A program made the position numbers and the translations under genes. Source: Octopus bimaculoides (lineage: Eukaryota). From it: a stretch of 64,000 nucleotides of DNA. The notes under the pieces were generated by a model, which was given only the letters and a program-made list of their open reading frames with translations, was not told the DNA's origin and did no database searches. Shown piece by piece: positions 24,400 to 38,540 of the stretch; position 1 is the first letter of the stretch; every line of letters starts with the position of its first letter. Location: contig NC_068992.1 in the NCBI RefSeq assembly GCF_001194135.2, positions 5,892,547 through 5,956,546 on the forward strand, written 5' to 3'.

Positions 24400-27329
24400 N
24401 NNNNNNNNNNNNNNNNNNNNNNNNNNNNNNNNNNNNNNNNNNNNNNNNNNNNNNNNNNNNNNNNNNNNNNNNNNNNNNNNNNNNNNNNNNNNNNNNNNNN
24501 NNNNNNNNNNNNNNNNNNNNNNNNNNNNNNNNNNNNNNNNNNNNNNNNNNNNNNNNNNNNNNNNNNNNNNNNNNNNNNNNNNNNNNNNNNNNNNNNNNNN
24601 NNNNNNNNNNNNNNNNNNNNNNNNNNNNNNNNNNNNNNNNNNNNNNNNNNNNNNNNNNNNNNNNNNNNNNNNNNNNNNNNNNNNNNNNNNNNNNNNNNNN
24701 NNNNNNNNNNNNNNNNNNNNNNNNNNNNNNNNNNNNNNNNNNNNNNNNNNNNNNNNNNNNNNNNNNNNNNNNNNNNNNNNNNNNNNNNNNNNNNNNNNNN
24801 NNNNNNNNNNNNNNNNNNNNNNNNNNNNNNNNNNNNNNNNNNNNNNNNNNNNNNNNNNNNNNNNNNNNNNNNNNNNNNNNNNNNNNNNNNNNNNNNNNNN
24901 NNNNNNNNNNNNNNNNNNNNNNNNNNNNNNNNNNNNNNNNNNNNNNNNNNNNNNNNNNNNNNNNNNNNNNNNNATATATATATATATATATATATATATA
25001 CAACGACCTAACTGCTTTTAAATCAATGTCCCAATTAGAGTTATCCTTGTGGATTTCATCAGGCTGTTAACATACTAGGAAATTTCTGGAGTTGACTTAA
25101 CTTTGGACAGAATCGTTTGCGTTATTCGTTCTGAATCCAAGCCCTTCTTAAGCAGTTCTCCCTTCATGTTTTCTGGTACCAATAATGAACTCCTCTAGAG
25201 GTTGACATTTATTACTATAGAAAGAACCTTCTTTTCATGTGTTGCTTGGATTGCCCTCACAGCTCATTTTTTATTTCTTATAGGCATTTATGGGGAGAAC
25301 AAATCTGTAGATGGATGGGACGATATAGCGAGTAATGCTGTATCTTGGTAACATAACCACAATCAAGGCAAAAGCAAAAAATAACAACAGAAAAAGATCT
25401 AGTACAGAACGAAATCGTGTCATATATTTCTCAGTAGCAAATCTATGTGCTATTGTACCTGCGTCTAAAGAAACGTCGTGGTGGACGAAGTATTTCAAGG
25501 AAGTTTCAGAGCTATTTCTAGTGTGTCGACTACGTAAAGACTCTTCACATTGAGTTGCAGGGTGATGTTAATTTACATTGATGCTGTATTCTTATTCTGC
25601 TAAATGTTGTGTAGAGGTGATTAACTCACGTAAAACAATTTCCCCGTGTGCAAATTATAACATACATAACAATTGACATTGTGATCTAATAGTGGAAATT
25701 AGATAGTTGTAAGCGTTTAGTTATGTTTTGATTGAACATTTAATGGCATAATAACAGCAATAGTGCATGGTTTCCCTTTTTGCATGGATCTTTCATTCGA
25801 TGCATGCTTTGGAAAACATTATTTTGCGAAAGAAAAAAGCCATTTAATACCGTTTTGGCATTAATCTGTTTAAAAGACTAATCATTTGAGAAAAATGTGT
25901 GACAGTGCATACATATTCACATAGTTGCGAGCGCATAGAAGCACAGATCGTCATTTACACACCTCATGTCAAATATAGTTTTATAGCTTAATAACTATAT
26001 ATTTATATTCCTTTTATAAACATACAGATATGTCAACACATATGTGTTTTGCATTGTGCGTAGATGAAAAATTGAGCAAACACACAAACACTCACACAAA
26101 TTGTTAACAAATGATTACATCTTAATTGAAAATCCTCAAAAAGCTGTTTAAGTTTACACGTTGAAGTTACTTAATAGTTTGCGCACAGCTTATACCAATA
26201 AAATAATGTTTGTTTTTTTTTATTTCTATGCATATTTAATTTTTTTAATCATAATTTCATTATTATTTTCTATATATTTCTTGAATAAGGATGTGTCTTA
26301 TATGTTCTTTTCAGATATTCCTTTCCCTAGTTTTACTTTCAAATTAAAATTTACCTCGTGATGTTTTTGTTGTTGTCTATCTGTTTTCTTTTTTTCTTAT
26401 TTTTAATAGAAAACCCTTATACCAGAATATTGCTATTTTTATTTTTGCTGATATCTTATGTTCACACCTCTTCTTGATTCAATGAAGCATTGGCTTCCTT
26501 TACAGTTTTTCAAGATCCTATTCAATATATACTACAGCAAATATTTCCTCAATGACACATTTTCTTTTTTCTTGCAACATCTTTCATGGCAAGTTACATT
26601 TACATTAATATCTTTAGAATGATTAAATTGAACCAAGTTCCAATTAGCATAAATAAACTACTTCTAAACCATTTTCTAAAGATTTGATCTTTAAACTTCA
26701 TTTGGAGTATAATAAGTATATTTGGAGGTGAATTTACATTTTATTAATTCTGGTCGTGTACTACGGAAAGCAAGAACTTCTCTGAGATTATCTACCTCCC
26801 GAGAAAGATTAATCTGTGCGCTGTTTATTTAAGTGTAAAGAAATTCAACCTAGAGTTAATGTAAACAGATATTTACTAACGCGAGTGCATTTTAACATCC
26901 AAGAATAATTCATACCACATTCACAGGGGTCGGAAAGGAACATCAATAATATTTCCAGAATCTACGATGGATACTTGCCACACTGGGGAGATCGGAAGCA
27001 AAACATCATCATGATAAAATTCTTTTTGAAGATTAAATAGCGTGTATGGGTGTTTGCAAAAGTGTGGAGGATTACTATAGGCTACATTTTGTTGCTAAAT
27101 GTGAAGAAGTATTTGATTTACCACCTTAGGAATGTTCAGCCACACGTGTTGAATTACGAACAGATTCCATGCTCCTAATGTTGCTGTTGCGGCTTACAAG
27201 AACTTAAGGATACGTGAAAGGAATACTGCATATCTGACCCAACTAAAATCTACATGCATGCAAATCATAATTCTCAAACCAACAATCATACACTTCCAAT
27301 GTTTGTTTCGTATCCTTCTATACTTTGGA

Positions 27330-27760
27330 TATACAGACTTCACGAAGCGGGAATAGACACGTACTTGAAATTGCTCCACTAAAAACAACAACACTTCGAT
27401 TAATTACAAAATTTCAACGATCTCCACGACTCCTACTACTCCCGTTCTCATCCAATACGCTATTTTTTATAAAAGTTCGGCTAGTCAATTCTTCCAGTCC
27501 CACAGGGATGTCAATGTCTCTCGCCACAACAATTTGTTTTCTTTCTAGATTAAATCTTCACTTTGCCAACATAAAAATCGCAATACGGTTTTCAGAGAAA
27601 ATCTTACTTCTGTTTCTTCTACTCTGATTAAGATAACTCTCTAATATTCTGAAACTATCAAAGATTTCTTTTGTCTTTTTCTGCTCTTCGATAATTTCCA
27701 ATTACTTTGGATATTTTCAAACATCTGCATATTAACTGAAGTGACATTTTCTTTCACCAG
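27330..27760 (-). mobile_element. possible RTE-like LINE 3' remnant (very decayed)
   Basis: LIRVEETEVRFSLKTVLRF and RDIDIPVGLEE...DENGSSRSRG weakly echo RTE KRLEA.EMWF.RRMLRI and GH..R..GLE...EGKRSRGR. Confidence 0.3.
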
Positions 27761-29073
27761 TATCATCTATCTGGATGTTTTCGGATGCACGAATATTCTT
27801 TCCCGCCAATTACAGCAAATAAAAACACAGCTGCCAGGCAGACTTTGGGTAAATTTATAATAACATCTGAAAGTTGAGAATTCAGGGAGTACAGACGCAG
27901 TTACACATACTTGGACAATGGTTGAGATAGGTAGAGGTGTATAACACAAAAGTGATTTCCAATGAACCAGGAACGGGAGATCGAGGGTGGCTGAGCTAAA
28001 TGTATCCTTCAAAGACTATGATCTAACCTAGATAAGAGACAACTACAACGCCGTAGATATTGCAGGGCTTTTGACGACGTCGATGAATGGACAGATTTAG
28101 TGATGAGCTTCGACTAATTGTACTCGACCCAAGTAAAATCTGACATATCTCACGATAGTAAACAAAGCAGCTTACATTCTTATTTCATCCCTTCATATAT
28201 AAAGTAGTACCATCGTACCATCGTTGGAAACACTCATGTTGTATAACTAGATAACCTACCTTCCATATTATCTAAACAGTAGTGATACCAACAACAATGA
28301 AACATTTTGTCGTTTAAATGAAGGATTTACAATGGTCAAACCTTTTTAATCAACATTTATCGACATAAGAATACGAATTTAATTCATTTTAGCTGGAGTC
28401 AAATACCTTATACTTGCTTTAAAAATCGATATTTTTATAACGAGTTCCAACTGAAGGCTCTCATATTTTAATATGAGTCATTCAATGTAAAATTCTTCAG
28501 AGCAGAACTCATCAATCATTGTTCTTATGAGCATGGCTAATTAATGATATTAATTCCTCTATTTATCACTACAGTTTGTCTACGAGTCTCTCCTCAGTTG
28601 AATGCTTGTAGCAGACATTTTAATATAAGAGAAACTCAAGTGAATAAACACTAATATACTCACATATCATGGGACTGCGTCACATGACTTCATACACAAT
28701 CACAGAATCATACATACATACATACATACATACATACATTAACAGTTATACAACGATCACCTCACACATATATACATGCCTATTCACGACTTAACCATAA
28801 AAACAAACCCGCAATCATTATGACAAAACTAGAAACAGCATAACACAAAAAGCCTATATAATTACATTGATACACTATATAACATTCAGTGTATACATAA
28901 GCATAGAGCTACACCATACATATACACATCTGCTAGCATAATTACACAGATATACCACATACACACATGGCTGCACAAATATTAAATGTGTGATTACAAA
29001 AATTGGCAGAATTCATGTATGTGCATTGTGACATTTATTTGGATGCCACATTATAATCACACACATGCTACAC

Positions 29074-29160
<87 letters not shown>
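29074..29160. repeat. (AAT)29 microsatellite
   Basis: Pure AAT run. Confidence 0.97.
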
Positions 29161-29162
<2 letters not shown>

Positions 29163-29679
29163 ATGCTTAAAATCTACTGCTCGTTTTCAGGGAAGTGCTA
29201 CAACCAATTGATTTCACATTACTGAGAGAGAACTTTTTTCAACTATGATTTGAGAGCCAGTATCTGGTTGCTTGGCTGCTAGGAACTTGATCCTAATCTC
29301 CTTCAAATCACACTCTACAATCTTAGAACGTATCATAACTTGAAGAAAGGATATGATGTCGGATGGGCACGACCGGACTTCCTTTCTTCATCACTGTCTT
29401 TCATCAATGTTACTGAAGGATTAGTCGCTTGAAGTGCTAAAAGCTGACAACAGAATCTCTCTTGAAACAGTTTACTGCCCTTAAAGTAGGCTTGGAGCAT
29501 CTAAGATGATATTACCTATCTCTGAATTTGAATAACTACCATTGCATATGTGCTGGAATACTGATGCAATGGAGCCATACAAGAAGAAATAAATTTACTC
29601 GTATCACTTCCCACAGCAATATCACAAATAGCATTAACATGAACAAAATCACTTTCTAAACCTCTATATCACTGAAGCC

Positions 29680-29960
29680 ACCACCATCACTACCATCACT
29701 ACGACTACCCACCACGGACAGGCTGACCGTTAAATCCACTAAGACAAAACGCATGCGACATTATCAACACAAATATAATTGGCAACAACACCATCAGCGC
29801 AGAGAACGGGAATATCACTCAGATCAAGAAAACTGACCCCATTAATACTACCACCATATCTATGAACAGTACCGACAACGCCCGTATCGACAACGTGATC
29901 GACATAACAAAATATCGCCATCCACTCCATAATGATGAATAACAATTGAATCATCAATCC

Positions 29961-30022
<62 letters not shown>

Positions 30023-30620
30023 CCATCATCATCATCATCGAAACGACCATTTAAATTGTAACAGCAGCACAATCAGCAGTTCTCAGCAGAACCCTGAAAG
30101 TCTTCCTCACTTTCACCAATTCCAACATGAACATACTAAATGGGAAAAAAGCAACATCGTCGCAAATAAAACCAATGCCATCTCTCTGGCGAAAGGAGTT
30201 ATCAGTGATGCCAGGAACACTGGCGCCACCATTTCCACCAGTGTGTCTATTAACAATACAAACACCTACTTCATCAGCAACGCCATCAGCATCGTAGACC
30301 AAGCTGTCACCATCTACTACATAAAAAATTTTCATCACCACCACCACCACCACTACCATAACCATCATCATCATCTTCATTAAACTACGATTCAGAATTG
30401 TACAACTAACACAAACAGCATCGAAACGATAACAATATCAGGAGCAAACATTATCATCACTACAAATAAAACTATTATCACTATCATCAACAACAACAGC
30501 ATTAAGCTTCATTATCGCAAATATGAACACTGTCATCTCGAGAGTCAGCAACACAATTATTCTCAACACACGCAGTAACGTTACGACCGAGAACCGCCAC
30601 GAAGACATAACCACCAACTT
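29680..30620. repeat. degenerate CAT/CAC/CAA triplet tract with pure (CAT)n core at ~29961-30038
   Basis: Triplet periodicity. It generates the poly-H, poly-M and poly-D ORFs 29739..30383. Confidence 0.85.
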
Positions 30621-30935
30621 TACATCTATATTAATTTTCGTATTTTCAAACGGCAGTACCTTTATGATAAACCATTTTATCTTTATATTCTCTCATTTTC
30701 ACGAGGTCTTTTAGTGTATTCTTTTAGTCATGAGTTGCCAAAATATTTCAAAAGAAAGAAGCGAATTTTAGTTTTAAGAAAGTGTTAACTCGAAGCATAA
30801 TATGATAGAGGAAGAAAAAGCGAGACAAACATAGAATCACAGAGAAGAATGTAATCTCTGCAGAACTGCAGAACAGATTGCAATCATTGGAGACTTTCGT
30901 TTCTTAAGATATTACATAAGTTTACACGCACGCAA

Positions 30936-30982
<47 letters not shown>

Positions 30983-31443
30983 TATCTGTATATGTGTGTA
31001 TATGTGTGTATATGCATATGTATGTATATAGATGTGTATATATTTATATATGTATATATGTGTGTGTGTGTATATATGAACGTATGTACATGTATAGGCA
31101 TATATAGACAGGAATTTATATGTGTGGGTGTGCGCAGGTGTGCGTGGGTGTATATAAAGGGTAAACGGCAACATTCCCCTTAACCTTCGGTCACATAAAT
31201 GAATGAAATACCAGGTGAGTAGATTTCGTAGCTGGTTCCAAGTTATATATAATGATTGCGGCACCGTAACATATTTCAATAAGAATGTTATTAATATATT
31301 TTGGAAAGATATGTTCATCTACCAGACATTACCATACAATACAATATCAGTGCACAAATGCCGAGAATAATCGTTCATATATGGGGGGGGGAGGATCTTA
31401 ATTTCATACTATCAATGTTTCGTTATAAATTCCAGCGTCGCAC

Positions 31444-31576
31444 AAAATGCGTAACGGTATTTCATATATCTTTATCGTCTGTGTTCAAATTCTGCCAGGC
31501 TCTACTTCGCCTTCATTCTTTCGGGGGGAAATAAGTACAATTGAACACTGGAGTCGATGTAAGTTACTTGACCCCC
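31444..31576 (+). mobile_element. tRNA-derived SINE, degraded copy of the 10797 family
   Basis: AAAATGCGTAACGGTATTTC...GTTCAAATTCTGCC...CTTTCGGGG...AAGTAC...ACTGGAGTCGATGTAA is collinear with 10835-10960. Confidence 0.7.
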
Positions 31577-32597
31577 ACCACCCCTACCACCACCACCAAT
31601 TGCTGGTCTGCTATACGAAAATAAAAAAAAACACCATTCCAAATACGTGTGATCATATCGTTTAATAAAGCCTAAAGTTTGATGTCTGATTATAAGAAAT
31701 CATTAATAATATGTCGATAAAAGCTTCTCTTTTATGGAACAGCATAAAATAGATGACTATTGCTATTAACGTAATAAATTTCGTTCCTAATAACTAGGTG
31801 GAATTAACGCATACGTGCTCACGACTACAAAGCTGCAAGCCTAAAATATTTTAAACATTAACTTGCATATAACTTTCTTTTCTAAACATATAATTAAATC
31901 AGTGAAGGTGGTTAGCGTAGGCGAGGGTTAAATCTCTGTTGTGTAGGTGTATGCATATAATTATGAGAATTATAGTATCATGTGTTAACCGCATACTTTG
32001 TAGTATGTATGAGGAATAATATTTAAGACAATGTAAGATCTGTAAATGAACGTGTGGCTTTGGAAGCCGAAAGATTTTAAGAAGAGTATGTGTTTCAAAA
32101 TATGTATTACACAAAGATTCGTAAAACTAATGTGGACATAAAGCATATTATGAGAATATTTAGATATGTGTATGTATATATATATGAGTATACTACGCAT
32201 TGACATATAGTAATAAATCGTTATGTACATGTATGGGTATATATATGTATGTGTGTGTGTGTGTGTGTGTGTACGCGCGTGTGTGTGTGTGTGCGTGTGT
32301 GTGTATGTGTGTGTTTGTGTATGTTTGTGTTTCTGCGTGCCTGTGTGTGTCTGCGTGTCTTTGTGTCTAAATGTGTATATGAGTGTATGTGTCTATTATA
32401 TGAACATATGTTGTATATAGTTACAACATATAGTTACATCTATGTGTATATACTCATACACGCATATGAATGTAAACCCACACATACACACTTACAAACA
32501 CATACATACGCACAAACGCAATCTCACACACACATGCACACACACACACACGCACAAGCACACGCACACGCACACACATACACATACACACATACAC

Positions 32598-32655
<58 letters not shown>

Positions 32656-32905
32656 TTATATATATATATATANNNNNNNNNNNNNNNNNNNNNNNNNNNN
32701 NNNNNNNNNNNNNNNNNNNNNNNNNNNNNNNNNNNNNNNNNNNNNNNNNNNNNNNNNNNNNNNNNNNNNNNNNNNNNNNNNNNNNNNNNNNNNNNNNNNN
32801 NNNNNNNNNNNNNNNNNNNNNNNNNNNNNNNNNATATATATATATATATATACATAACAACGTAAACTTGGAAGGTACCGCACGTGTGAAAATATATAGG
32901 AAAGA

Positions 32906-33722
32906 GCATTTGAAAATGCAAAAGTGATTTAAAGATGTTTATTGACCTGACCGGTTTCATTATTTTTAAATAAGATTTTCAAAAGTAAAATGCAAGGCTT
33001 TGTGTAGCCTTTGTGGTGTTAAAAATTAGTTAACAGCTGTATTAAAATACAGTGATAGACTCTTTGACAATGGTAAGAGAATATTAAGAAATACAATCTT
33101 TGACAATGATCAGAACATGTTAAGACAGGCTTTGTATTTAAACAGTTTACTTAAAAGTGTTCAAATGAGAGTAAAATATGTTCATAATTGTTTAAAGTTC
33201 ATCAGGAATCATAATCGTTCATAAATATATACACAGATAGAATTTACAGACATTATTCTTTAGGAGAAAGCGTGTATTTCTTTGTCAAAAATTCATAAGA
33301 AATCATAATTGATTATAAAGTTTTGAGGGTAATGACGAACCATTTTTTCTTCATCTCCATCTTTTGTATATGTGTTTCTGATGAACGCTTTCTTCCATCA
33401 AATACTGTCTACAAATTCTTTCTGTGTATATATTTATAAACGATTATGATTGCTGGTAAATTTAGAAACAATTATGAACTTATTTGACAGACTATTTTTA
33501 ACACAGTTATGTATACTGTTTAAACACAAAGCCTCTCTAAATATTTTTTTTAGCATTGTCAAAGACTCTATTACTATATCTTCATACATCTCTGTTAACT
33601 AATTTTAACACAACACAGGCTACACAAAGCGTTGCACTTTACTAATGAAAATGTCTTTTTATAAAAGGTGAAACCGGTCAAGTCAATAAACATATTTAAA
33701 AGACCTCTGCATTTTTAAATGT
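32906..33722. mobile_element. unclassified fold-back element / long-TIR MITE
   Basis: Arms ~32906-33275 and ~33382-33722 are reverse complements, roughly 75-80% identical by eye. Examples: TGTTTATTGACCTGACCGGTTTCA vs TGAAACCGGTCAAGTCAATAAACA, GCTTTGTGTAGCCT vs AGGCTACACAAAGC, and ATAAATATATACACAGA vs TCTGTGTATATATTTAT. The spacer is ~105 bp with no coding capacity. Confidence 0.85.
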
Positions 33723-33818
33723 GTGGGTGCGTGTGTTTGTATATGTATGCAACTCTGTCTCCTTGTGTGTGTATGTCTGATTGTGTATGTGTGTTTTGCA
33801 ACTATGTACAGTGAGTGT

Positions 33819-33878
<60 letters not shown>

Positions 33879-33884
33879 ATAGTT

Positions 33885-33945
<61 letters not shown>
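33819..33945. repeat. (GTA)n microsatellite
   Basis: Near-pure GTA run with one interruption. It explains the poly-T, poly-Y and poly-V ORFs. Confidence 0.97.
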
Positions 33946-34973
33946 AAGGTTTTGTGTAGACGAGGAGAAGAGGAATAATGATAAGACGAAGTAGGTGGAG
34001 GAGGAGAAGAAGAAGGAGGAGGAAGAGGAAGAATGAACAGAAATAGCTGCATCGGATGTAGCCCTGGTAACGAGAATAGAATTTTTTTTTTAATTGCAGC
34101 AAGATTTTCATGTGATTATCATTATTTAACGAATAGTTGTTTGAGAAGTGTTTTCTCGAAAATGTGTTTTATTTTGATGCATATTTCTTTTATCGTAAGA
34201 GATAATACGCCTCAAATAAGATGCAAATAAATTGTACTTTCAACAAAACAACAAATATTACTATAAAATTTACTCCAATACGTCAAGTAATAACTAAGAA
34301 TTTAATTTCTCAGATTTTCATTCTTGTAAATATTGAATTAATTATGTTATGATTTGGTGATAATGGATTTGGTTAATTTATTTATTGTTTTCAATTAGTA
34401 CGTTATACTTCTTAAGGTTTTATTTCAATTAACATTTTAGAATTTATGTTATTTTATAACAATAGATTCAACATTTGTCAAAATTCTCAAGATTGGCAAC
34501 ATTTTGATGTCTTAAAATTAGATTTCATTCCTTCGTGACAGTTGAGGAAGATTTTATTAGCGAAACACTATTTCTTTCAGAAAGTTATGCCTTCTCCTTA
34601 TTCATGACTTCCGCGATTATTTTCAGAGAACCATTCCTATTTGAGGTAACCTAATAAATCCCAATACAAGCAAATTTACTTGCCTTTCATAAAATAGAAA
34701 ACCTGATCTATTATCTTTTTGATACTTGATCTTTATAGCAGAAAGCAACAGAAAAATTCCCTTGACGATCCATTGCGGTTGGAAAAAGCAAATGCACTTG
34801 GAACAGCAATGCTGTGTTACAAATAACTGCATAACTGTACGCAGGAACTGACGATCTATACTGGCTTCTCTTAGATTTCCTCTAAACCTATATATCTATT
34901 TATCTACCTGTTTAACTATCTATCTATTATTTATCTATCAATATATTTCTCTTAATATCTAGCTGTCCATCTT

Positions 34974-35024
<51 letters not shown>

Positions 35025-35270
35025 ATATATATATATATATATATATGCACAAATACATATACATACACACACAACGACATATACTGAATTACTTTCGATT
35101 TGTGTCTTGTTGTAAACGTCTTGCGCTTTCAGTTAATTACATACTTACTATAAATTAAGTAATTATTTGAGTTATGTTTCTTTCGTATCTCAATCAATTA
35201 TACTATTGTTGAACTTAGTATTCAGATATCAAACACCTCTGAAATCTACTAATGTTACTACTCTCTGAGC

Positions 35271-35337
<67 letters not shown>

Positions 35338-36997
35338 AAGAGAAAGAGAGAGAGAGAGAGAGAAATAGAGAGAGAAAGAGAGAGAGAAAGAGAAAGAGAG
35401 AGAGAGAGAGAGAGAGATGCATGCATACATACACACGTACATACATACATACGCACATACATACACACACATACACCCACACACATGCATACATACACAC
35501 ATGCATACATACATGTATACATACATACATACGTATATGTACATACTACCATTAAGGTTTACGTGCTTGTCTTTTTGAAAATCGTTTCTGAATTGTCCGA
35601 CGTGTGTTCGATTTCCTTTTAATAAGCACATCTCACCGCAAGAATTTATAGAATACCAAGCCAACTGCCGATAGAGGCTGGTTCGAATATCTGCGTATCA
35701 GCTAAACCCCGAGAACTCCATCTCATCGTTTAAGCCCTCGCTTCTTTTGCGAATTGTATACAAAATTTCCACTTACATTATTACCATGTAAAATCTGTAA
35801 TATTCATGTAAAGTCAATCTGTAACAGTAATGATCTGTAATTAAAGGTTTCATACCTGGTAGTTATTCATCTTATTGTTGCTACTCTAATATACATTGAT
35901 CAAGGATGCCTTATTAAACAAGTGCTTCGATCAATCTTGTTTTTTATCGAAAATACTGACTCCAGGATCACGTTATCAAATATTGCCTGCTACAAAGGAT
36001 GTAATTTGATCCGGCATTGGCATGCTGAATCTCGTAGTTTGTAGAAGTATACCCATTTTCTTACACACACAATAACATTTGAAGTGTCCTTATATTTAGA
36101 CACCGGCTTTTGTAGATAATGATATGATGAACGGTAAATTATTTGAATTTGTATTAATCGAAGTGTTTTGTTGACCAGAATAGATTGAGGTATGGAATTA
36201 ATAGTTTACTACTTCACAATATAAATAATATATTAGTCTTACAAAATAAATTATAGGATTTATGTTTAAAACATTATACAATCTATAATATGAATAATAT
36301 GTATTATAGCTATGTTTGTATTTCATTTCGAAAATCAAGGTTGGCAGTAATTTACAGCACCAATTTTTATTAGTAACAAGTGGGGCATCCAGAGCTGAAA
36401 CGCTTGAAGAGATTAGCACTGGGCATTGTAAAATATTTAAGAGATTTGCAAATACAAAGTGATTTAAAAAAAAAATAATAAACTGAAAATGAAATATAAT
36501 GAAAGCAAATATGTAAAGACATAATGAAATTGCTACAACTGTGAAAACAAATCAGCATTTGGAACAGGCAAAGAGGCAAACGACCAACGTTTTATGTTAA
36601 AATTGTAAAACCCCCGACAAGATATTAATTGTGGTAGTCGTAAAACAGAAGTAAACTTTAGTAGTACTACATTCCCATATCCTGACTGATAGGAATGGTA
36701 TGAAAGCTATGTAAGATGAAGAGACGATGGGTGTCTTTTCACACATGCATGTGTAAATGTGATACTGAATAACATATTATTCACCTACACTTCAAATACA
36801 TCATGCATGGGGTGAATAATTAAGCAGGAAAAGTTGGTAAAACTGAGATTAGTGAAATCTGTCAAGTAAATTTCCTAAAATTAGCACGAAAGCCTGATTG
36901 TAGATCCATTTAGTATTTTATGGTGATTGCAAACGAACACACTTGAAAGCAGCAAATGCAAACAGACACACAGACACAAACAAACACATACACACAC

Positions 36998-37036
<39 letters not shown>

Positions 37037-37195
37037 AACACACACACACGCGTACACGCGCACACGCACGTGCGCATATATATTGCGCGATGACACACTA
37101 ACTCACGTGGGCATAAATATATGAGTATGCCTTGAAATACGTCTAAATATTTAGAGACTCACGTTTATATAATTAGAGACTGTATATTGTTGCAC

Positions 37196-37236
<41 letters not shown>

Positions 37237-37269
37237 CTTCCGCACGATGACTTTACCCACACGGCATTA

Positions 37270-38095
37270 GCTTTGGCGGGAAAACTTTAAGTCTGATATA
37301 TTTTCAATGCTCCTCGTACTTATTCGGTCATATATTTATATATATTCAGATTTGGCTAGGACTGGACATCCAAAATGATGTAAACTGTCTCGTTTTAATG
37401 TTTGCACAGTCTGCATTTGTCGACGCGCCTGTTTTCATTATTTCCCTTTATAGTTGTTTGTGGTCAGGCATTAGTCTTTTGTGGTGAGAATCAGTCCTTC
37501 CGTTTCTGCTTCATTCCAGAGCTTTTGCACTGTTGCCAGGTTTTACTTAGACTTAATTTCTAAGTATTCTTATAGTTCAGCTGCTGTTATTTTATAGTAG
37601 TTTTCTACCGTATTAGGCCGTGACGTGCTTCTGAGGTAGGTGGATATATTCTGCCTGTGTCTGCTTTGGACTGGTGACTTCCGTATGCTGTTAATATTGT
37701 CTCTTTTTTTCGAAGTTTCACTACTCTCTAATTGTCGAGTTTATGTTATTTCTGTAATTTATGTCTAATATGGGCAATGTGTTTATTCCTATTGTAACTC
37801 TCCTATTTTCTCTTTTAAACCCTCTATGTGGTATTTTAATTATTTCGTCTATTACTGGATATTTGGAAGGGTCATTGTGCTCTTATTCTATGATTTTTGC
37901 GTCTATGACGAGTGCAGTGCATTCAGTGCAAATCGATTTGCCGCTTCTGAATGTCATTTTGACACTTTTCTCAAATCTCACCTTCATCTCCTTGCTGATA
38001 CTGTGGGACAAGTTTTAGAAGTTTTTATCTGTTCAGTGATATTTTTAGGGGATTCTTTTTAAAGCAACCATATTTAGGTTATTTGTAGTTTGTCC
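37270..38095 (-). mobile_element. R4/Dong-clade (RLE) non-LTR retrotransposon, internal fragment from RT C-terminus to zinc knuckle
   Basis: Collinear motifs: NNLNMVALK (decayed NHLFYMDDLK, 38063-38071), RFEKSVKMTFRSGK, TAYGSHQSKADTGRIY...RHGLI, AETEGLILTTKD, DKCRLCKH.NETV...GCPVLAKSEYI. Confidence 0.8.
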
Positions 38096-38498
38096 TTAAG
38101 AAATGCAATCCATACTGGTTTCACTTAACAACTTAGATAGAGGGATCAGACCAAGGCAGAAAGGCAGACAATTAGGAGGAGTTGCGTGAATGTCTGTGTG
38201 TGTTTGTGAATGTGTGTGTTTGTGTGTGTGTCTGGTTTGCCTGTATATTTCTATTCAGTCCCTACTAAATTGATGACAGATCCTCATTTACGTGTACATG
38301 TTTCCAGGAAAGCACCAGCTGCATCTTAATTGTTATGAGGTGGAATATAAGTGATAGGGCCATTATTATTGGAAGAAAGTATTGCATAGAATGCCGGACT
38401 CGGTTGAGGGGAATGTAGCCATTGTGTCTGTGGGAAGAGAGACGAGTTAGTCTGACATACCTGATACACACACACACACGCACACACACACACCCACA

Positions 38499-38540
<42 letters not shown>

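Noticed and set aside
25035-25065. Minus-strand CTGATGA followed by an ATCC-ACAA-GGAT hairpin
   Set aside because: The hairpin is followed by AACT rather than GAAA and there is no stem I; chance match.
29946-30383. 145-aa His-rich ORF
   Set aside because: It is built from (CAT)n/(CAC)n repeats, overlapping frames on both strands are also open for the same reason, and there is no recognisable domain.
34230-34405. Weak inverted repeat (GTACT...AAAACAACAAATA / TATTTATTGTTTT...AGTAC)
   Set aside because: Short, very AT-rich and poorly matched internally; not distinguishable from background.
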